64,000 nt of DNA, taken from assembly GCA_036630325.1 (NCBI GenBank), contig CP142737.1, positions 620,001-684,000 of the forward strand. Reading direction: 5' to 3'. Under the pieces are notes generated by a model, which was not told the origin of the DNA, did no database searches, and saw only the letters and a program-made list of their open reading frames with translations. Origin of the DNA: Vairimorpha necatrix (taxonomy: Eukaryota). Shown here piece by piece: positions 48,701 to 59,042 of this stretch (position 1 is the first letter of the stretch; each line of letters begins with the position of its first letter). The position numbers and the translations under genes are program-made.

Positions 48701-49529
48701 ATGCATTGTTTGCATTAAATGCAAGAAAATCAAAACAAAGAAGAAGAAAAGCTTAAAAATAGAATCAGACCAATTAATGAAGAAGATAAGTACGGACATT
48801 TTTGGCCCGTTTGAAATAGTAGAGTACGAACACTCGTTACCTAATGAAAAAGCATTTTTTTTGACGATAACTGATATTTACAGTAGGTATACAAGAGTAA
48901 TTTTAATGGAAAAAACAACTACTACAAAATTAATAAAGGAATTTAAAAAATGGATCGAAGATTTCGGTTGCCCACAAACAGTAATCTGCGACAATGGAAA
49001 GCAATACACCAGCAAAGAGTTTGATATATTTTTAGAAAAACAAAACATTAATAAGATTGCAACACCTATGTATCATCCTTCGTCAAATAGCATCAGTGAA
49101 CGCCTAAATCAGACAATAGCAGAAGTGATACGAATGTACAGAGGAGAAAATATAGCGAAAGTAACGAAAATGATTATGAGAAGATTGAATATCAACTTCC
49201 ATAGAGGGATCCATGAACAACCCATAGCAATAGTAACCGGATATTCCCCGTTTGACTTAAACAAGCAGGTTGGAAAGCATGAACCGCACACTATAAAAAA
49301 TATTGATAATAAAACAAGCAACTGGGAAATGACGAACAACGAAGACATTAATAGATTCAAAATTGGAGATAAGATCTTCTTGAAAAATTTTACAGGATCA
49401 AAAATTGATGATTGTTATTTAGGACCATACAAGGTCACAGTAGTTAGTAAGAAGGGAAGATGGCTAAAGATAAGTGGAAAAAATGAATGGATACACATTG
49501 ACAATGTAAAAAGGATGACCAGCTATTGA
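45717..49529 (+). CDS. Gag-Pol polyprotein
   Basis: 1270 aa with YCKFHKHCNHTTEQC, MIDNGA, RIPFG/YIDD, QCDAS, HPG...CIVC and TDIFGP/CDNGKQY/SISER. Confidence 0.97.
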   Translation: MNTRRTKQKTITGKNPISNNINKKIVNKNILETYFELGYVNLSSKDENLNEIKMKQKTDQETKLKGLTFSMKIEGLEHNLTQEVKIIEQIEVIDIIKWCDEFENLINMNKWNKQIQFAILKQLITDSRLVDFEKNQSWKEIKRYLIAFKFPPEERRYYRRKLLNIHQTHYEKMQDYYDAIKEILVIIKTMEQLTEAEVEKLFDEAFHAGLEKFTYGRVIEYGLGTYRDSFEFLKSLENKIRIRAKEMKETRNSDSYESKSVFKKDDNNTNKFTDKYCKFHKHCNHTTEQCTKYDKDFYNKQKGKNQKNNFYYIKEKVNNFEKTQIKGKINNTVIEIMIDNGANRSFLSEEAAKELKLDMYETEEVTLQFGNGSTGRTHKKARVAIKLEGVKKKIEEDVYIYNELPVKMILGNDFLLNNGWLLDYKNKCVMVHKNMVPMIGADKINEDEMDAILYERVLLIEDAKIVENSEIPYKLKEYVKKNDDYKKINIKPIKLYIEDKIKNHKLDLRYYTVPLKYEQEAKKEILRLLNNDIIERSRNYYASPSFFIEKKTKELRLVVDYRIVNRFIKDEICLIPKIFENLLKLGGNTFFSKIDLKNGFNQLELDEYSRDITSFTIFGEQYRYKRIPFGIKSGPKLFQKTINLILDGIEKIIIYIDDIVIYGETPSEHNQTLSQVLDRLSVYNVKINFEKSTFATRRLEILGNIIEGNQIRIDTKNIDKLINENATPTSKKEIQKIMGIITWYRNFIPDVSRRIACISMLLQANTKEKWGEPQTKALKEIKHEIKTSAQLNLPDFKRVFIIQCDASNEGMGAVIYQAHGVIGYYSRKFNNTEKNYTIVEKEMFAIIKTLEFYRVLILGYRIEIQTDSRNCIFENKTISKRTERWKLLLNEYDVTVRNIEGATNHIADKLSRCFTIKLSHDELEYYIKRYLKEKDGKYLLDKHGRYIVHEEKADKFIEEIHKFTVHPGVTVMYQNIKRKYNIKNIKKRILQVVSKCIVCIKCKKIKTKKKKSLKIESDQLMKKISTDIFGPFEIVEYEHSLPNEKAFFLTITDIYSRYTRVILMEKTTTTKLIKEFKKWIEDFGCPQTVICDNGKQYTSKEFDIFLEKQNINKIATPMYHPSSNSISERLNQTIAEVIRMYRGENIAKVTKMIMRRLNINFHRGIHEQPIAIVTGYSPFDLNKQVGKHEPHTIKNIDNKTSNWEMTNNEDINRFKIGDKIFLKNFTGSKIDDCYLGPYKVTVVSKKGRWLKISGKNEWIHIDNVKRMTSY
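45839..45850. promoter_or_regulatory. 12-bp palindrome TTTGAGCTCAAA at the PBS position
   Basis: 1 nt downstream of the 5' LTR end ...TATGTCA (45837). Confidence 0.8.
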
Positions 49530-50115
49530 TTTTTGGTGGAAAGAGCAGATTGTGGTATCTTTGTGCAGCACAGATCCACAAGAAGAATTGTTTGTTTGTT
49601 TACACAACAAACATATAAAACTATAAATATAATTTCAGCCCTTACCCATACATAAACAACAACAACGATGAACACCAGACGAACTAAACAGAAAACAATC
49701 ACAGGGAAGAACCCTATATCTAACAACATAAATAAAAAAATTGTAAATAAAAATATTTTAGAGACATACTTCGAATTAGGATATGTCACTAAGCAACCTC
49801 ATTCTACCATTACACACTTTGCATAACTGATTCTTTTTTTTGTCAAATAAAATATTATAGACTGTTTCCATTTCTGCTCTAGTCATAATTGTCTTCTCCA
49901 TTTTTTTAGAAAAGAGGGCAAAAAACGAAAACCCCCTATATGCATTTTTGTTAGCTAAAGCTAACTTGGGCCTACGATTGTAATAGTTTTATGATTGTTA
50001 TCTTGATTTATTATCTTATTTATTAAATTATATTTCTAGTATTTTTTCCTATTTTCCATTTTTTACGCTACAAGGGGGATGGTCTTTGGGTCTGATCGAA
50101 TACCAAAGAAGCACC

Positions 50116-51256
50116 GTAAATTCCGTGTCATTATACACGACAAATCGTTTCTTTAGATGGGTTGTAAATTCATCGCCTCTTATTTTCCATTGCCGGCTTT
50201 CCAATAATTCCGAAGCCCAAGAAAGAGCTATGCCTCTCAGCTTCATCACTATAAGTTGCATTAAATCTTCATCTCCCAAACCTGCTAGTTTAATTATAAG
50301 TAGTAGATCTCTTAGCCATACGACTATATCTTCGTCTAGGCTACCATGGAAATTTATTATACCATTGGTCATTGTCGCCATGTTAGTAAATTGGTTTATT
50401 TTAATTTGTTCTTTTTCTTCTTTCATAAGATGGGATAAAATATTATAAAAATACGAAGAAACATTCAAGCATTATAAATGCTCGATTTAAGCGTAAGTAA
50501 TACGACAATTATAATCAATTTTTTTTCACCCCCCCCCCCAAACCACAGACTTATTTGTCTTGCTTCCATAATTAAACTCCTTGTTACTGTTATCAGTAGA
50601 ATTGCTACTCATATCTTTCCTGTCCGAGTCTATCCTTGTATTTTTTCTTTCTCCCACTGATGGTATTTTTAATTTATAATCGTTCTTTCTCCATAAATTC
50701 TTCTTGTTTGACACATTATTATCATAAATACCAAAATACATAAAATTTTTATTCACATCTTCTTCTTTATGTTTTTCTATACGATTCATACATCTTCTAG
50801 CTATATGTCCTACTTCTCCACATACGAAACATATCTTCTCTTCTTTTACGTTGATAATGTTTCCCGGCATTGCTGATCTTCTTACCAGTTCCCTTTTGAT
50901 CTCATTTCTTAAGTTTTCTTCAATATCTTCAGCCAACTCTTCCAATTCTTTCTTCCTCAAATTTTTCTTTTTCTTCTTTCTCTTCCTCATTTTTAACCAA
51001 CTTTCTGATTTCCTCAATTATTCAAATTTACTAAATTCCCCTTTATGATCAGATCCTGTAGTTCGACACTTGCTTATCCTAATCCCTGGTTTATAGATAC
51101 TTCTTCCGCCCCTTCCTTCATTATCGTCATTGCTCCTATTTTTTCGCCTCTTTATACAAGTTTCTGGCCACTTGCCCACATGTCTCACTTGTTACCCCAT
51201 TTACTCTTGTATTCGCCATGTTAGTCTCTTTATTCATAAGGGTTCCAAACCCAACA
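50116..51256 (-). pseudogene. Retrotransposon gag relics (two fragments)
   Basis: 50116-50428 is gag-like (FHGSLDED..WL..KLRGIALSW) after a ...TAACA|TGGCGACAA PBS-like junction. 50526..51017 has the CCHC knuckle CFVCGEVGHIARRC. LTR limits are unresolved. Confidence 0.6.
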
Positions 51257-51295
51257 TGTTATTAAATTATCATTTTTAGATTTAATGTTTTTATT

Positions 51296-52599
51296 GGTTA
51301 AGTTCTCGACTTACCCCCCCCCCACCCCTAAAAAAAATAAAAAAAAATAAAAAAGGGGGAAAAAATAAAAAAAAGGGGAAAAAATAAAAAAAGGGGAAAA
51401 AATAAAAAAAATAAAAAATTTGACCCATAATGAGAATTAAAGAATTTAGAAAACTCATCTATAAAAAAAATGAGTTAATGCAATTTTTAATTGCAAAAAA
51501 CATTTTGAGGGTCCCTATGTGCAATAAATGCAATATACCAATGACTCAAAATCGGACCAACACTGAAAACTATCGTTGTTATTCAAGGCGTGATGGTAAA
51601 AAATGTTCTAACAAAGGAACCATAATGAAACAAAGCGTTTTTAAGAACTCAAAATTGCCTATTGAGGATCTTTTAATATTGCTTTGCGAATGGGTAAAGG
51701 GTTCAAGTAATTTGGCCGCCACGTTAGAACTTGATATAGGTAAATGTACGGTATCAAGATGGTTTACGCGTTTTAATAACGCCGTGTACGTCTCTTATTC
51801 AACATATATAAACAATCAAACGATTGGCGGCGTCGGTTGTATTGTTGAAATTGATGAAACTTTACTTGTAAAAAGTAAAAACCATGCGGGAAGGGTTCTT
51901 CAATATCAAGTATGGGCAGTTGGAGGCGTTGTGAGAGGGGATGCAAATTCTTTTTTCTTTGAGATCGTAGAAAATAGAACAAGAGCTACTCTTGTTGAAT
52001 TAATTACAAGAAAAATTGCTCCGGGGACCACAATTGTGACAGATTGTTGGCGTGGATATTGTGATATTCAAACAATCTGTGTAGAATATGAGTATCTACA
52101 TTTGACTGTGAATCACAGCCAAAATTTTGTTGATAATATAACTGGTGCGCATACTCAGACTATAGAGGGAATGTGGTCGGTTATTAAAAGAGAACTAAGA
52201 AAAGGCGGAACTAGTCATGGTACTATTATGAATCTTGTAAGAAAGATTTACATTAACAGATTCAAATTAATATATCGTGAAAATCTATTGGATAAAATGT
52301 TAGAATTTTTTCAAATAGGTAATTTTAGTATTGTAGCTTATGATATTATTCCTGAAATAGACTTTACAATTGTGGAATAATTTTTTTTGTTTTTTGGGGG
52401 GGTAAGGGGGGGGGTTAAGTCGAGAATTAAACGTTTTTTTATTTTTTTTTATTTTTTCCCCTTTTTTTATTTTTTTTTATTTTTTCCCCTTTTTTTATTT
52501 TTTTTATTTTTTCCCCTTTTTTTATTTTTTTTTATTTTTTCCCCTTTTTTTATTTTTTTTTAGGGGTGGGGGGGGGGGGGGTAAGTCGAGAACTTAACC
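51296..52599 (+). mobile_element. Young Merlin/ISXO2 transposon, copy 2
   Basis: Same TIRs as 42340-43578, perfect TSD TTTTTATT. Confidence 0.96.
51430..52380 (+). CDS. ISXO2-like (Merlin) transposase
   Basis: 316 aa; differs from 42502..43452 at two residues (F/I, S/C). Confidence 0.95.
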   Translation: MRIKEFRKLIYKKNELMQFLIAKNILRVPMCNKCNIPMTQNRTNTENYRCYSRRDGKKCSNKGTIMKQSVFKNSKLPIEDLLILLCEWVKGSSNLAATLELDIGKCTVSRWFTRFNNAVYVSYSTYINNQTIGGVGCIVEIDETLLVKSKNHAGRVLQYQVWAVGGVVRGDANSFFFEIVENRTRATLVELITRKIAPGTTIVTDCWRGYCDIQTICVEYEYLHLTVNHSQNFVDNITGAHTQTIEGMWSVIKRELRKGGTSHGTIMNLVRKIYINRFKLIYRENLLDKMLEFFQIGNFSIVAYDIIPEIDFTIVE

Positions 52600-52628
52600 T
52601 TTTTATTTGATAATTGTAGATGTGTATA

Positions 52629-54170
52629 CAGTCCATTTCATTTTTATAGACACCTTGTTTCATAATTATAGACATCTTGTACCATTTTTATAGACACCCT
52701 ATTTCATTTTTATAGAACCCTCATTTCATTATTATAGAACCCTTGTTCTAAAATTTATTTTACTTTCCTTTAAAATTTTTAAACCTTAAAATATGAGAAA
52801 CCTAAATGTCAGAGATGAACTTAAGGAATATCGTAAAAAAGATCATTTGCTGAGATAGAAGATGAAACGCAGATTTCTACCCCAAGAAAAACCAGGAAGA
52901 TGATTACCAGGTCGATAATCGAAATTTTTCTTTCGTTACTCGACCTGGTATGAAACTTATTGATATAGAAGTTGCTTTAAATCTCAGTAAGTCTAGCGTC
53001 AAACGCCTATATAAAATATATTTCACAGGAGAATTTACCAACCTTAAAACTTTTAAAACGGTAGGACAAAAAAAGAGAGAATCTTTAAAAGATATTTCTA
53101 TGGTTTCAAATATTATTGCAACGGAAATGGCCCGTATTCCTTGTCTAGGTCTATATAATTTATCCGATAAATTGCAAAATTTAAATTCCACGGGACATTA
53201 CTCTAAGTCAACTGTTTGCAGACTTGTTAAAAAAATAGGGTATAGTTCTAAACCCTGACATTTATTCCACTATGTAAAAACAGTCCTCAGAACAAGCTGT
53301 TAAAGTGTCAATATGCGAGAGTAATAGATATCATATCGAATTATAATTTAATATTTCTCGATAAAACTGGTTTAAATCTGCACCTTAACAATACTTTTGG
53401 TTATTCTTTAAAAAATACTAAGTGTTGTGTAACGGTCCTGAATTCGAAAGGGACTAATGTTTCTTTAATGTGTGCTATAGGCGTTATTGAATTATATGCG
53501 CATAAAACTAAATTCGGAATTTTAAATCTACAGATTTTGTCAATTCAATGACGATAATTTACCTATTTGTGAGCAAGAGGAAAACAGATTTATAATATTG
53601 GATAACACATCTATACACAGAACATCCGAAGTAGCTGCTGCATTTAGAAACAAAGGATACAGTCTAAAACTTCTCCCTTCATATTCTTCACAACTAAACC
53701 CTATCGAGGAGTTTTTAAACAGTTTCAAATCCCGAGTAAAACAGAGACCTAGACCAACAACCACTCCTTTGTTAATTGATTGTATTGAGGACGTGTTGAA
53801 CACAGAAGTATTCGTCATGGATGGTTACTTTTCTCATATGGAGAATTTAGCGATAAAGCTCTTGTCAATGCGATTTTTTTTCTGAATTAATATTAAAAAT
53901 TTTAATTAAAAACTTCTAAGATGTTTTCATAGTTCGCCATGTAAATATTGATGTTTATATCTATATCGTTATCTCTTCTTTACGATTCAACTATATAAAT
54001 AAACTATAAAAAAAATAAAAATGAATTTTATAACAAGGTGTCTATAAAAATGAAACAAGGTGTCTATAATAATGAAATGAGGGTTCTATAATAATGAAAT
54101 GAGGGTTCTATAATTATGAAACAAGGTGTCTATAATTATGAAACAAGGTGTAAAAAAATGAAATGGACTG
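52629..54170 (+). mobile_element. Tc1/IS630-like DNA transposon (decayed)
   Basis: TA TSD. TIRs CAGTCCATTTCAT... built from ~21-bp tandem units. HTH fragment 52950..53258. DDE_3 motifs IFLDKTG, DNTSIH and LPSYSSQLNPIEE. Confidence 0.92.
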
Positions 54171-54539
54171 TAAAATATATTAATGCTTTTTTGTTTTAAT
54201 TATTATATTTGTACAACTCAGTTCCAAAATATTGTCAGAAACGTTTTTTAGAATTTATTTAACCCCTCCACGAAAAATTTGAAATATTTGACTATAAAAA
54301 TTTTGAATACCAAGTGTCAAAAATTGAGCTTTAAGAGTTCTAAAATTATCTCATTGAGATTCATAAGTGTTTCCAACTTCATTTTTTTTCTATAATGTCA
54401 AAAAAAGTATATTTGAAAAATCATGCCTTTTCCTGTCAAATTCAATCATCCCAAAATGGAAACTTACCAAAATTTACCAAGGCGGGACAAATTATAAAAT
54501 AAAACATACAAATTCCGTTTTCAAAACTAGAAAGCATAC

Positions 54540-57500
54540 TGTCAAGGAACAATTCTCCAGTGGTCCTAAGATTACCCTGGAGACCAGAGAATACTATTCT
54601 ATAGGTATTCTCTTCCTCTTCCCAATAATGTTTTTTGGAGGGAAAATATTGTATATTTTCCCTCCGACAAACATAAAAGAAATTCATGCCCAGAAGGGTA
54701 TGAAGGATAATAAAAAATATGGTTTAAAACATTCTTCTCGGTCTGTTGGGAAACCAACAGACCACAATGGTGGTAACGATGATGAGGATAAGAGCGATGA
54801 TCTCGACAACATCCTTTCTCAAATGAAAAAACTATGTCTTCAGAACAGATGGCTAGAATTTACCGGCGAAGATCTAAACAAAGCCGAAGACTTTCTGTCT
54901 CAATTTCGAGAAATTGAAGATGTGTACTCTCAAGCGAAGACGCTAGATATTGCCAAGTCAAAACTAAAAGGCAAAGCGTTGAAATGGTTTAAAGCTTTTG
55001 AGGGCGAGGAGATTGTAGATTACGAGACATTCAAATCCCACTTTAATAAAAAATACCTTAAAAAAAAACTAGTGGAAGACGTAACAGATCTATTCATGCA
55101 CCTATACGTAGAGGGTCCGAAGGAAAGCGACATCTTGAGTTACGCTTATGACCTAAAAAGGTGTGCTAAAGGAAGCATTGAGCACTTTGAGAGATCTAAG
55201 ATTGCGATTGGAAGAAACTCCCCCGAGATATTAAAGGAGGCGATCAGTGAAACCAAAGAGTGGATAGAGTTACTAGAACTCGTAGAAGAAAAGGATTTTT
55301 TAATAAATAAATACCTAAAGAAAAGGAAAACTTTTTATAAAAAGCCACAGAATGAAGTAACCTGTCAAGAAATGAAAGAATATAAAACTGTCCCCAAGAA
55401 AGCAGTACAGACAAATTCTTCATTAATTCTAAAGATAGGTAGAGTGGCTAAAAACGATAATTTAGCGGATGTCCGAGCAAGGATTAATTTTTTTTCAGGG
55501 AGAGAAAAGATTGCTGCGCTCATAGACACGGGAGCAGAAATTAATTGCATTAATAAAAAGAAAGCCCAATTATTGGGGCTGAATCCAAGAAAAGAGACGC
55601 TGAATATAGTAGGAGTGGGCGGTACAGTGAAATCAGAAGGCATAGTGGAATTTAGTGTCAAAGAGCCTAAAACTAAGAAATCAAGAATAGTAGAAGCACA
55701 TGTAGTAGCAAACTTACCAGAAGACCTTATTATTGGCCTCGCAGATGTTCTAAATCTGAACTTACTCAAAATTCTTGATAAGATGAGAAATGCGTTAATA
55801 ACGAAATCAGTCTGCACAACAACTCCCGAAGTACTCGAAACTCAAACTGTAGACGTCGGAGAAGAAGACACGGCACAGGAGGACAAAGAAAAATTTAATA
55901 AACTTATCTCAAAGTATCCAGCTGTTTTCTACAATAATGATTTAAAATCAAGCTTAGATATTGAGCACGCCATAGAAATAACAAATGACTTTTCGGAAGT
56001 AAGAAATATTCAATACAGAAGATCTCCAGAACAAAACGAGATTATTGAAAGTAAGATTCAAGAGTTTTTGAGTAAAGGATTTATTGAGAACAGTGAATCA
56101 GACTATACTTCCCCGGTGGTTCTTGTCAAGAAACCTAATGGTGATATTAGATTTTGCATAGACTATAGAAGGTTGAATAAAATCACAAAGAAGATGATCT
56201 ATCCTATTCCACTTGTAGAAGAAACTATAGAAGAATTACAAGGAGCATCTATATTTACAGTATTGGACTTGGAATCTGGGTACCATCAAATAAGAATTCG
56301 GGAAAAAGATAGATATCTTACAGCTTTTAGGAGTAGGACAGGAACGTTTCAATGGGTTAGGATGCCATTTGGACTCGTGAATGCACCCTTTACATTCCAG
56401 AAGATAATGAATTCTATACTGTCTCCGTACCTACATAAATTTGTACAAGTGTATCTAGACGACATTATGATATACTCTAGATCGACTGAAGAGCACGTAA
56501 AGCACATTGAAGCAGTTTTTGAAATTTTAAACAAATTGAAATTGAAAGTTAATCACAAAAAATGTAAAATCGGAAAGAATACGGTAAATTTTTTGGGATA
56601 TACGATAAATAAGAATGGAGTAAGTATACCACTTGAGCAACAGACGAAATGTCTTAATTTAAAAATCCCAGCCACTCTTAAAGAAACTAGAGCCTTTATT
56701 GGGTTCATAAACTATTTTAGAAAATTTATAAGGAATTATACAGATATAATGGCTCCTATCTATGACTGCTTGAAGAAAGGTAAATTTAAATTTTCTGAAG
56801 AAGCAAAACAAAGTGTAGGGAAAATAAAAGAAATTATTACGAGCTCTCCCGTTCTCAAGTTACCGGACTTCAATAAGAGATTTATCTTATACACAGATGC
56901 ATCCAACCTTTACATAGGAGCAACACTGATGCAAAGATACGAGGAGACTGAAATGCCCGTATATTTTATCTCAAGGAAATTAAATACTGCTGAAATTAAT
57001 TACACCGTAACCGAAAAGGAATGCTTGGCAATAATATGGAGCATATCCCAGTTCCGGATTTACCTAACAAATACTTTTACAATTCGAACAGATCATCAAG
57101 CCCTCAAATGGCTGCTGAGTTATAAAGAGAGCACTGGCAGATTAATGAGATGGATTCTCACACTCGAAAACTACTCATATGACATCGAATATATTAAAGG
57201 CAAAGAGAACATTATAGCGGACGGACTAACGAGATTTGTTCATGTAGTAAATTATGAAGATGAACTAGAATTATCGGCCGAGAGTCGTAAAGAAATGATT
57301 TTAAAATGTCACGAAGAGTGTGGACATGGCAGTATTTATCCAACATATGCTTTAGTTCTCGATAAAACAAAATGGAAAGGTATGTACGCAGATATTAAAC
57401 AGGAACTCGAAAAATGTCAGGTGTGTCTAAAATTTAATTTAAAAAGAACACCAAAGCAACATCATAGAATTCGACTCAAGGACCCATTTTCACTGATAGG

Positions 57501-58548
57501 AATTGATATGGTAGGTCCTCTACCTAAGTCGGAAAATGGGAAAACATATTTAATAGTCGCCACGGATTATCTAACAAGATGGTGCGAAGCAAAAGCCGTG
57601 AGAAATAAATCGGCTAAGACGGTAGCTAAATTTATTTTTGAAGAAATAGTATGTAGACATGGTCCGCCCAACGAATTACTATCAGATAGAGGACTTGAAT
57701 TTTTGAACAACACGGTCAAGGAATTATGTGGAATATTTAAAATAAAGAAATCTTTTACTTCAGCTTACCACCCACAATGCAATGGCACGGTAGAGAGAAC
57801 CAACCAATCATTAGTAGCAAAACTGGCTAAAATGATAAATGGAAGGTGGAAAGACTGGGATGAATATTTGGAACTGGCTCTGTACGCATACAGAATTTCT
57901 CCGAGGAAGAAGACAGGATTTTCTCCTTTTGAATTATTATACGGACGGAAACCCTTATTATGGGAGCATCCCGAAAGAGAACTCTTATGTTTAGAAGATA
58001 ATTTTTTAATATTTGAAAGATTGAAGCAAACCCGTGATACTATGTTACAAGCCGAAAGAGAGGCCAGAGAAAGGGAAATAGTAGAGGGGAAAGAATTTGC
58101 ACTTCAAGTAGGTGATGTGGTATTAAGAAGAAAACCACCTATAAGCATTAGAAATAAACTAGACAGCAAATTTGAAGGCCCATACAATATAACGAAAGTC
58201 GGGAGGAAAGGTGCATACGAGATAATAAATCCCAATAATGACGTGTTTAAGGTAAATGGGAAAGACTTAAAAAAGATGGACTTTGAGCTGGAAACATGGG
58301 AGCCAATAAAGAAGGGGGGAGTGTCAAGGAACAATTCTCCAGTGGTCCTAAGATTACCCTGGAGACCAGAGAATACTATTCTATAGGTATTCTCTTCCTC
58401 TTCCCAATAATGTTTTTTGGAGGGAAAATATTGTATATTTTCCCTCCGACAAACATAAAAGAAATTCATGCCCAGAAGGGTATGAAGGATAATAAAAAAT
58501 ATGGTTTAAAACATTCTTCTCGGTCTGTTGGGAAACCAACAGACCACA
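54540..58548 (+). mobile_element. Intact Ty3/Gypsy LTR retrotransposon (4009 bp) with a tRNA-type PBS
   Basis: 227-bp LTRs 54540-54766 and 58322-58548, apparently identical. TSD CATAC. PBS TGGTGGTAACG at 54768. PPT AAAGAAGGGGGGAG. Confidence 0.97.
54700..58386 (+). CDS. Gag-Pol polyprotein; likely start is the ATG at 54700 inside the 5' LTR
   Basis: In frame with track ORF 54367..58386. Motifs LIDTGA, RMPFG/YLDD, YTDAS, HEECGH..CQVC, GIDMVGP/SDRGLEF/NGTVER and GPY. The stop lies inside the 3' LTR. Confidence 0.93.
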   Translation: MKDNKKYGLKHSSRSVGKPTDHNGGNDDEDKSDDLDNILSQMKKLCLQNRWLEFTGEDLNKAEDFLSQFREIEDVYSQAKTLDIAKSKLKGKALKWFKAFEGEEIVDYETFKSHFNKKYLKKKLVEDVTDLFMHLYVEGPKESDILSYAYDLKRCAKGSIEHFERSKIAIGRNSPEILKEAISETKEWIELLELVEEKDFLINKYLKKRKTFYKKPQNEVTCQEMKEYKTVPKKAVQTNSSLILKIGRVAKNDNLADVRARINFFSGREKIAALIDTGAEINCINKKKAQLLGLNPRKETLNIVGVGGTVKSEGIVEFSVKEPKTKKSRIVEAHVVANLPEDLIIGLADVLNLNLLKILDKMRNALITKSVCTTTPEVLETQTVDVGEEDTAQEDKEKFNKLISKYPAVFYNNDLKSSLDIEHAIEITNDFSEVRNIQYRRSPEQNEIIESKIQEFLSKGFIENSESDYTSPVVLVKKPNGDIRFCIDYRRLNKITKKMIYPIPLVEETIEELQGASIFTVLDLESGYHQIRIREKDRYLTAFRSRTGTFQWVRMPFGLVNAPFTFQKIMNSILSPYLHKFVQVYLDDIMIYSRSTEEHVKHIEAVFEILNKLKLKVNHKKCKIGKNTVNFLGYTINKNGVSIPLEQQTKCLNLKIPATLKETRAFIGFINYFRKFIRNYTDIMAPIYDCLKKGKFKFSEEAKQSVGKIKEIITSSPVLKLPDFNKRFILYTDASNLYIGATLMQRYEETEMPVYFISRKLNTAEINYTVTEKECLAIIWSISQFRIYLTNTFTIRTDHQALKWLLSYKESTGRLMRWILTLENYSYDIEYIKGKENIIADGLTRFVHVVNYEDELELSAESRKEMILKCHEECGHGSIYPTYALVLDKTKWKGMYADIKQELEKCQVCLKFNLKRTPKQHHRIRLKDPFSLIGIDMVGPLPKSENGKTYLIVATDYLTRWCEAKAVRNKSAKTVAKFIFEEIVCRHGPPNELLSDRGLEFLNNTVKELCGIFKIKKSFTSAYHPQCNGTVERTNQSLVAKLAKMINGRWKDWDEYLELALYAYRISPRKKTGFSPFELLYGRKPLLWEHPERELLCLEDNFLIFERLKQTRDTMLQAEREAREREIVEGKEFALQVGDVVLRRKPPISIRNKLDSKFEGPYNITKVGRKGAYEIINPNNDVFKVNGKDLKKMDFELETWEPIKKGGVSRNNSPVVLRLPWRPENTIL

Positions 58549-58553
58549 CATAC

Positions 58554-58858
58554 TGTGGTATTAACTGCCAAATTATTATTTTTATTCTTATTTTCCCTAC
58601 AAGTGAATTTTCTAGAAAATATTTTACTATAAATATTTTCTCTTTATTTTACTCCACACAGAAAGGATGAGAGAAATGAAGAATCATCCAAGGAACTATG
58701 GGAGGCCGCAAGACAGTCTACCCCCTCACAAGAGGATAACCAATTACCCGCATGGGATGAACAATATTAACAATTCAACTAAAACAAATTTTGGTGCAGG
58801 GAGAGGCATTCTTGAATGCTATTTACAAAATGGCCATCTCCTTGGTGGTAACATTACA
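58554..58858 (+). repeat. Solo LTR with palindromic-clade signature
   Basis: TGTGGTAT...TTACA; encodes GILECYLQNGHL near its end. The flanks CATAC and GTATC do not match. Confidence 0.78.
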
Positions 58859-59042
58859 GTATCCTAGACACAATTGGTAAGGCGCAGGTTTGCGAAGAAA
58901 TATGTATACTTTACTTAAAAATTGTACATTTTTTTTAGATTTTTATACATTTTAATTCTGAACCCCGAATTTTAATAATGCAGATCGAATATTTACTCTC
59001 AGAAAAGGGGGAAAAAAATTAATTCTAGAAGGTCATCTTTTC

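Larger units (their letters stand above)
45600..49788 (+). mobile_element. Intact Ty3/Gypsy LTR retrotransposon (4189 bp), palindromic-PBS clade
   Basis: 238-bp LTRs 45600-45837 and 49551-49788 (one difference seen). TSD CTAAG. PPT GGAAAGAGCAGAT. Confidence 0.97.
41887..49972 (-). mobile_element. Merlin/ISXO2 transposon (decayed) hosting Merlin, MULE and Gypsy insertions
   Basis: TIRs GGCTAAAGTTAGCTTTAGCTAACAAAAATGCATATAGGG, TSD GACGATTG/TACGATTG. Fragments 45384..45594 (CTWKDC) and 42016..42282 (YSDMW, HTNTIEGNW). Confidence 0.87.
40939..50115 (+). mobile_element. Merlin/ISXO2 transposon (decayed) containing nested insertions; same family as 60037-61141
   Basis: TIRs GGTGCTTCTTTGGTATTCGATC / GATCGAATACCAAAGAAGCACC. 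Fragments VQVDESVICRR and YSDGHPSY. The flanks do not form a TSD. Confidence 0.82.

Noticed and set aside
51042-51056. GATC-T-GATC next to a candidate LTR end as another palindromic PBS
   Set aside because: It is short and odd-length, and the LTR boundary is unverified because there is no partner LTR or TSD.
54367-54699. N-terminal 111 aa of the 1339-aa track ORF
   Set aside because: It starts outside the element at a non-ATG codon and crosses the TSD; this is a chance open frame. The ATG at 54700 is conserved in the related 31625 copy.
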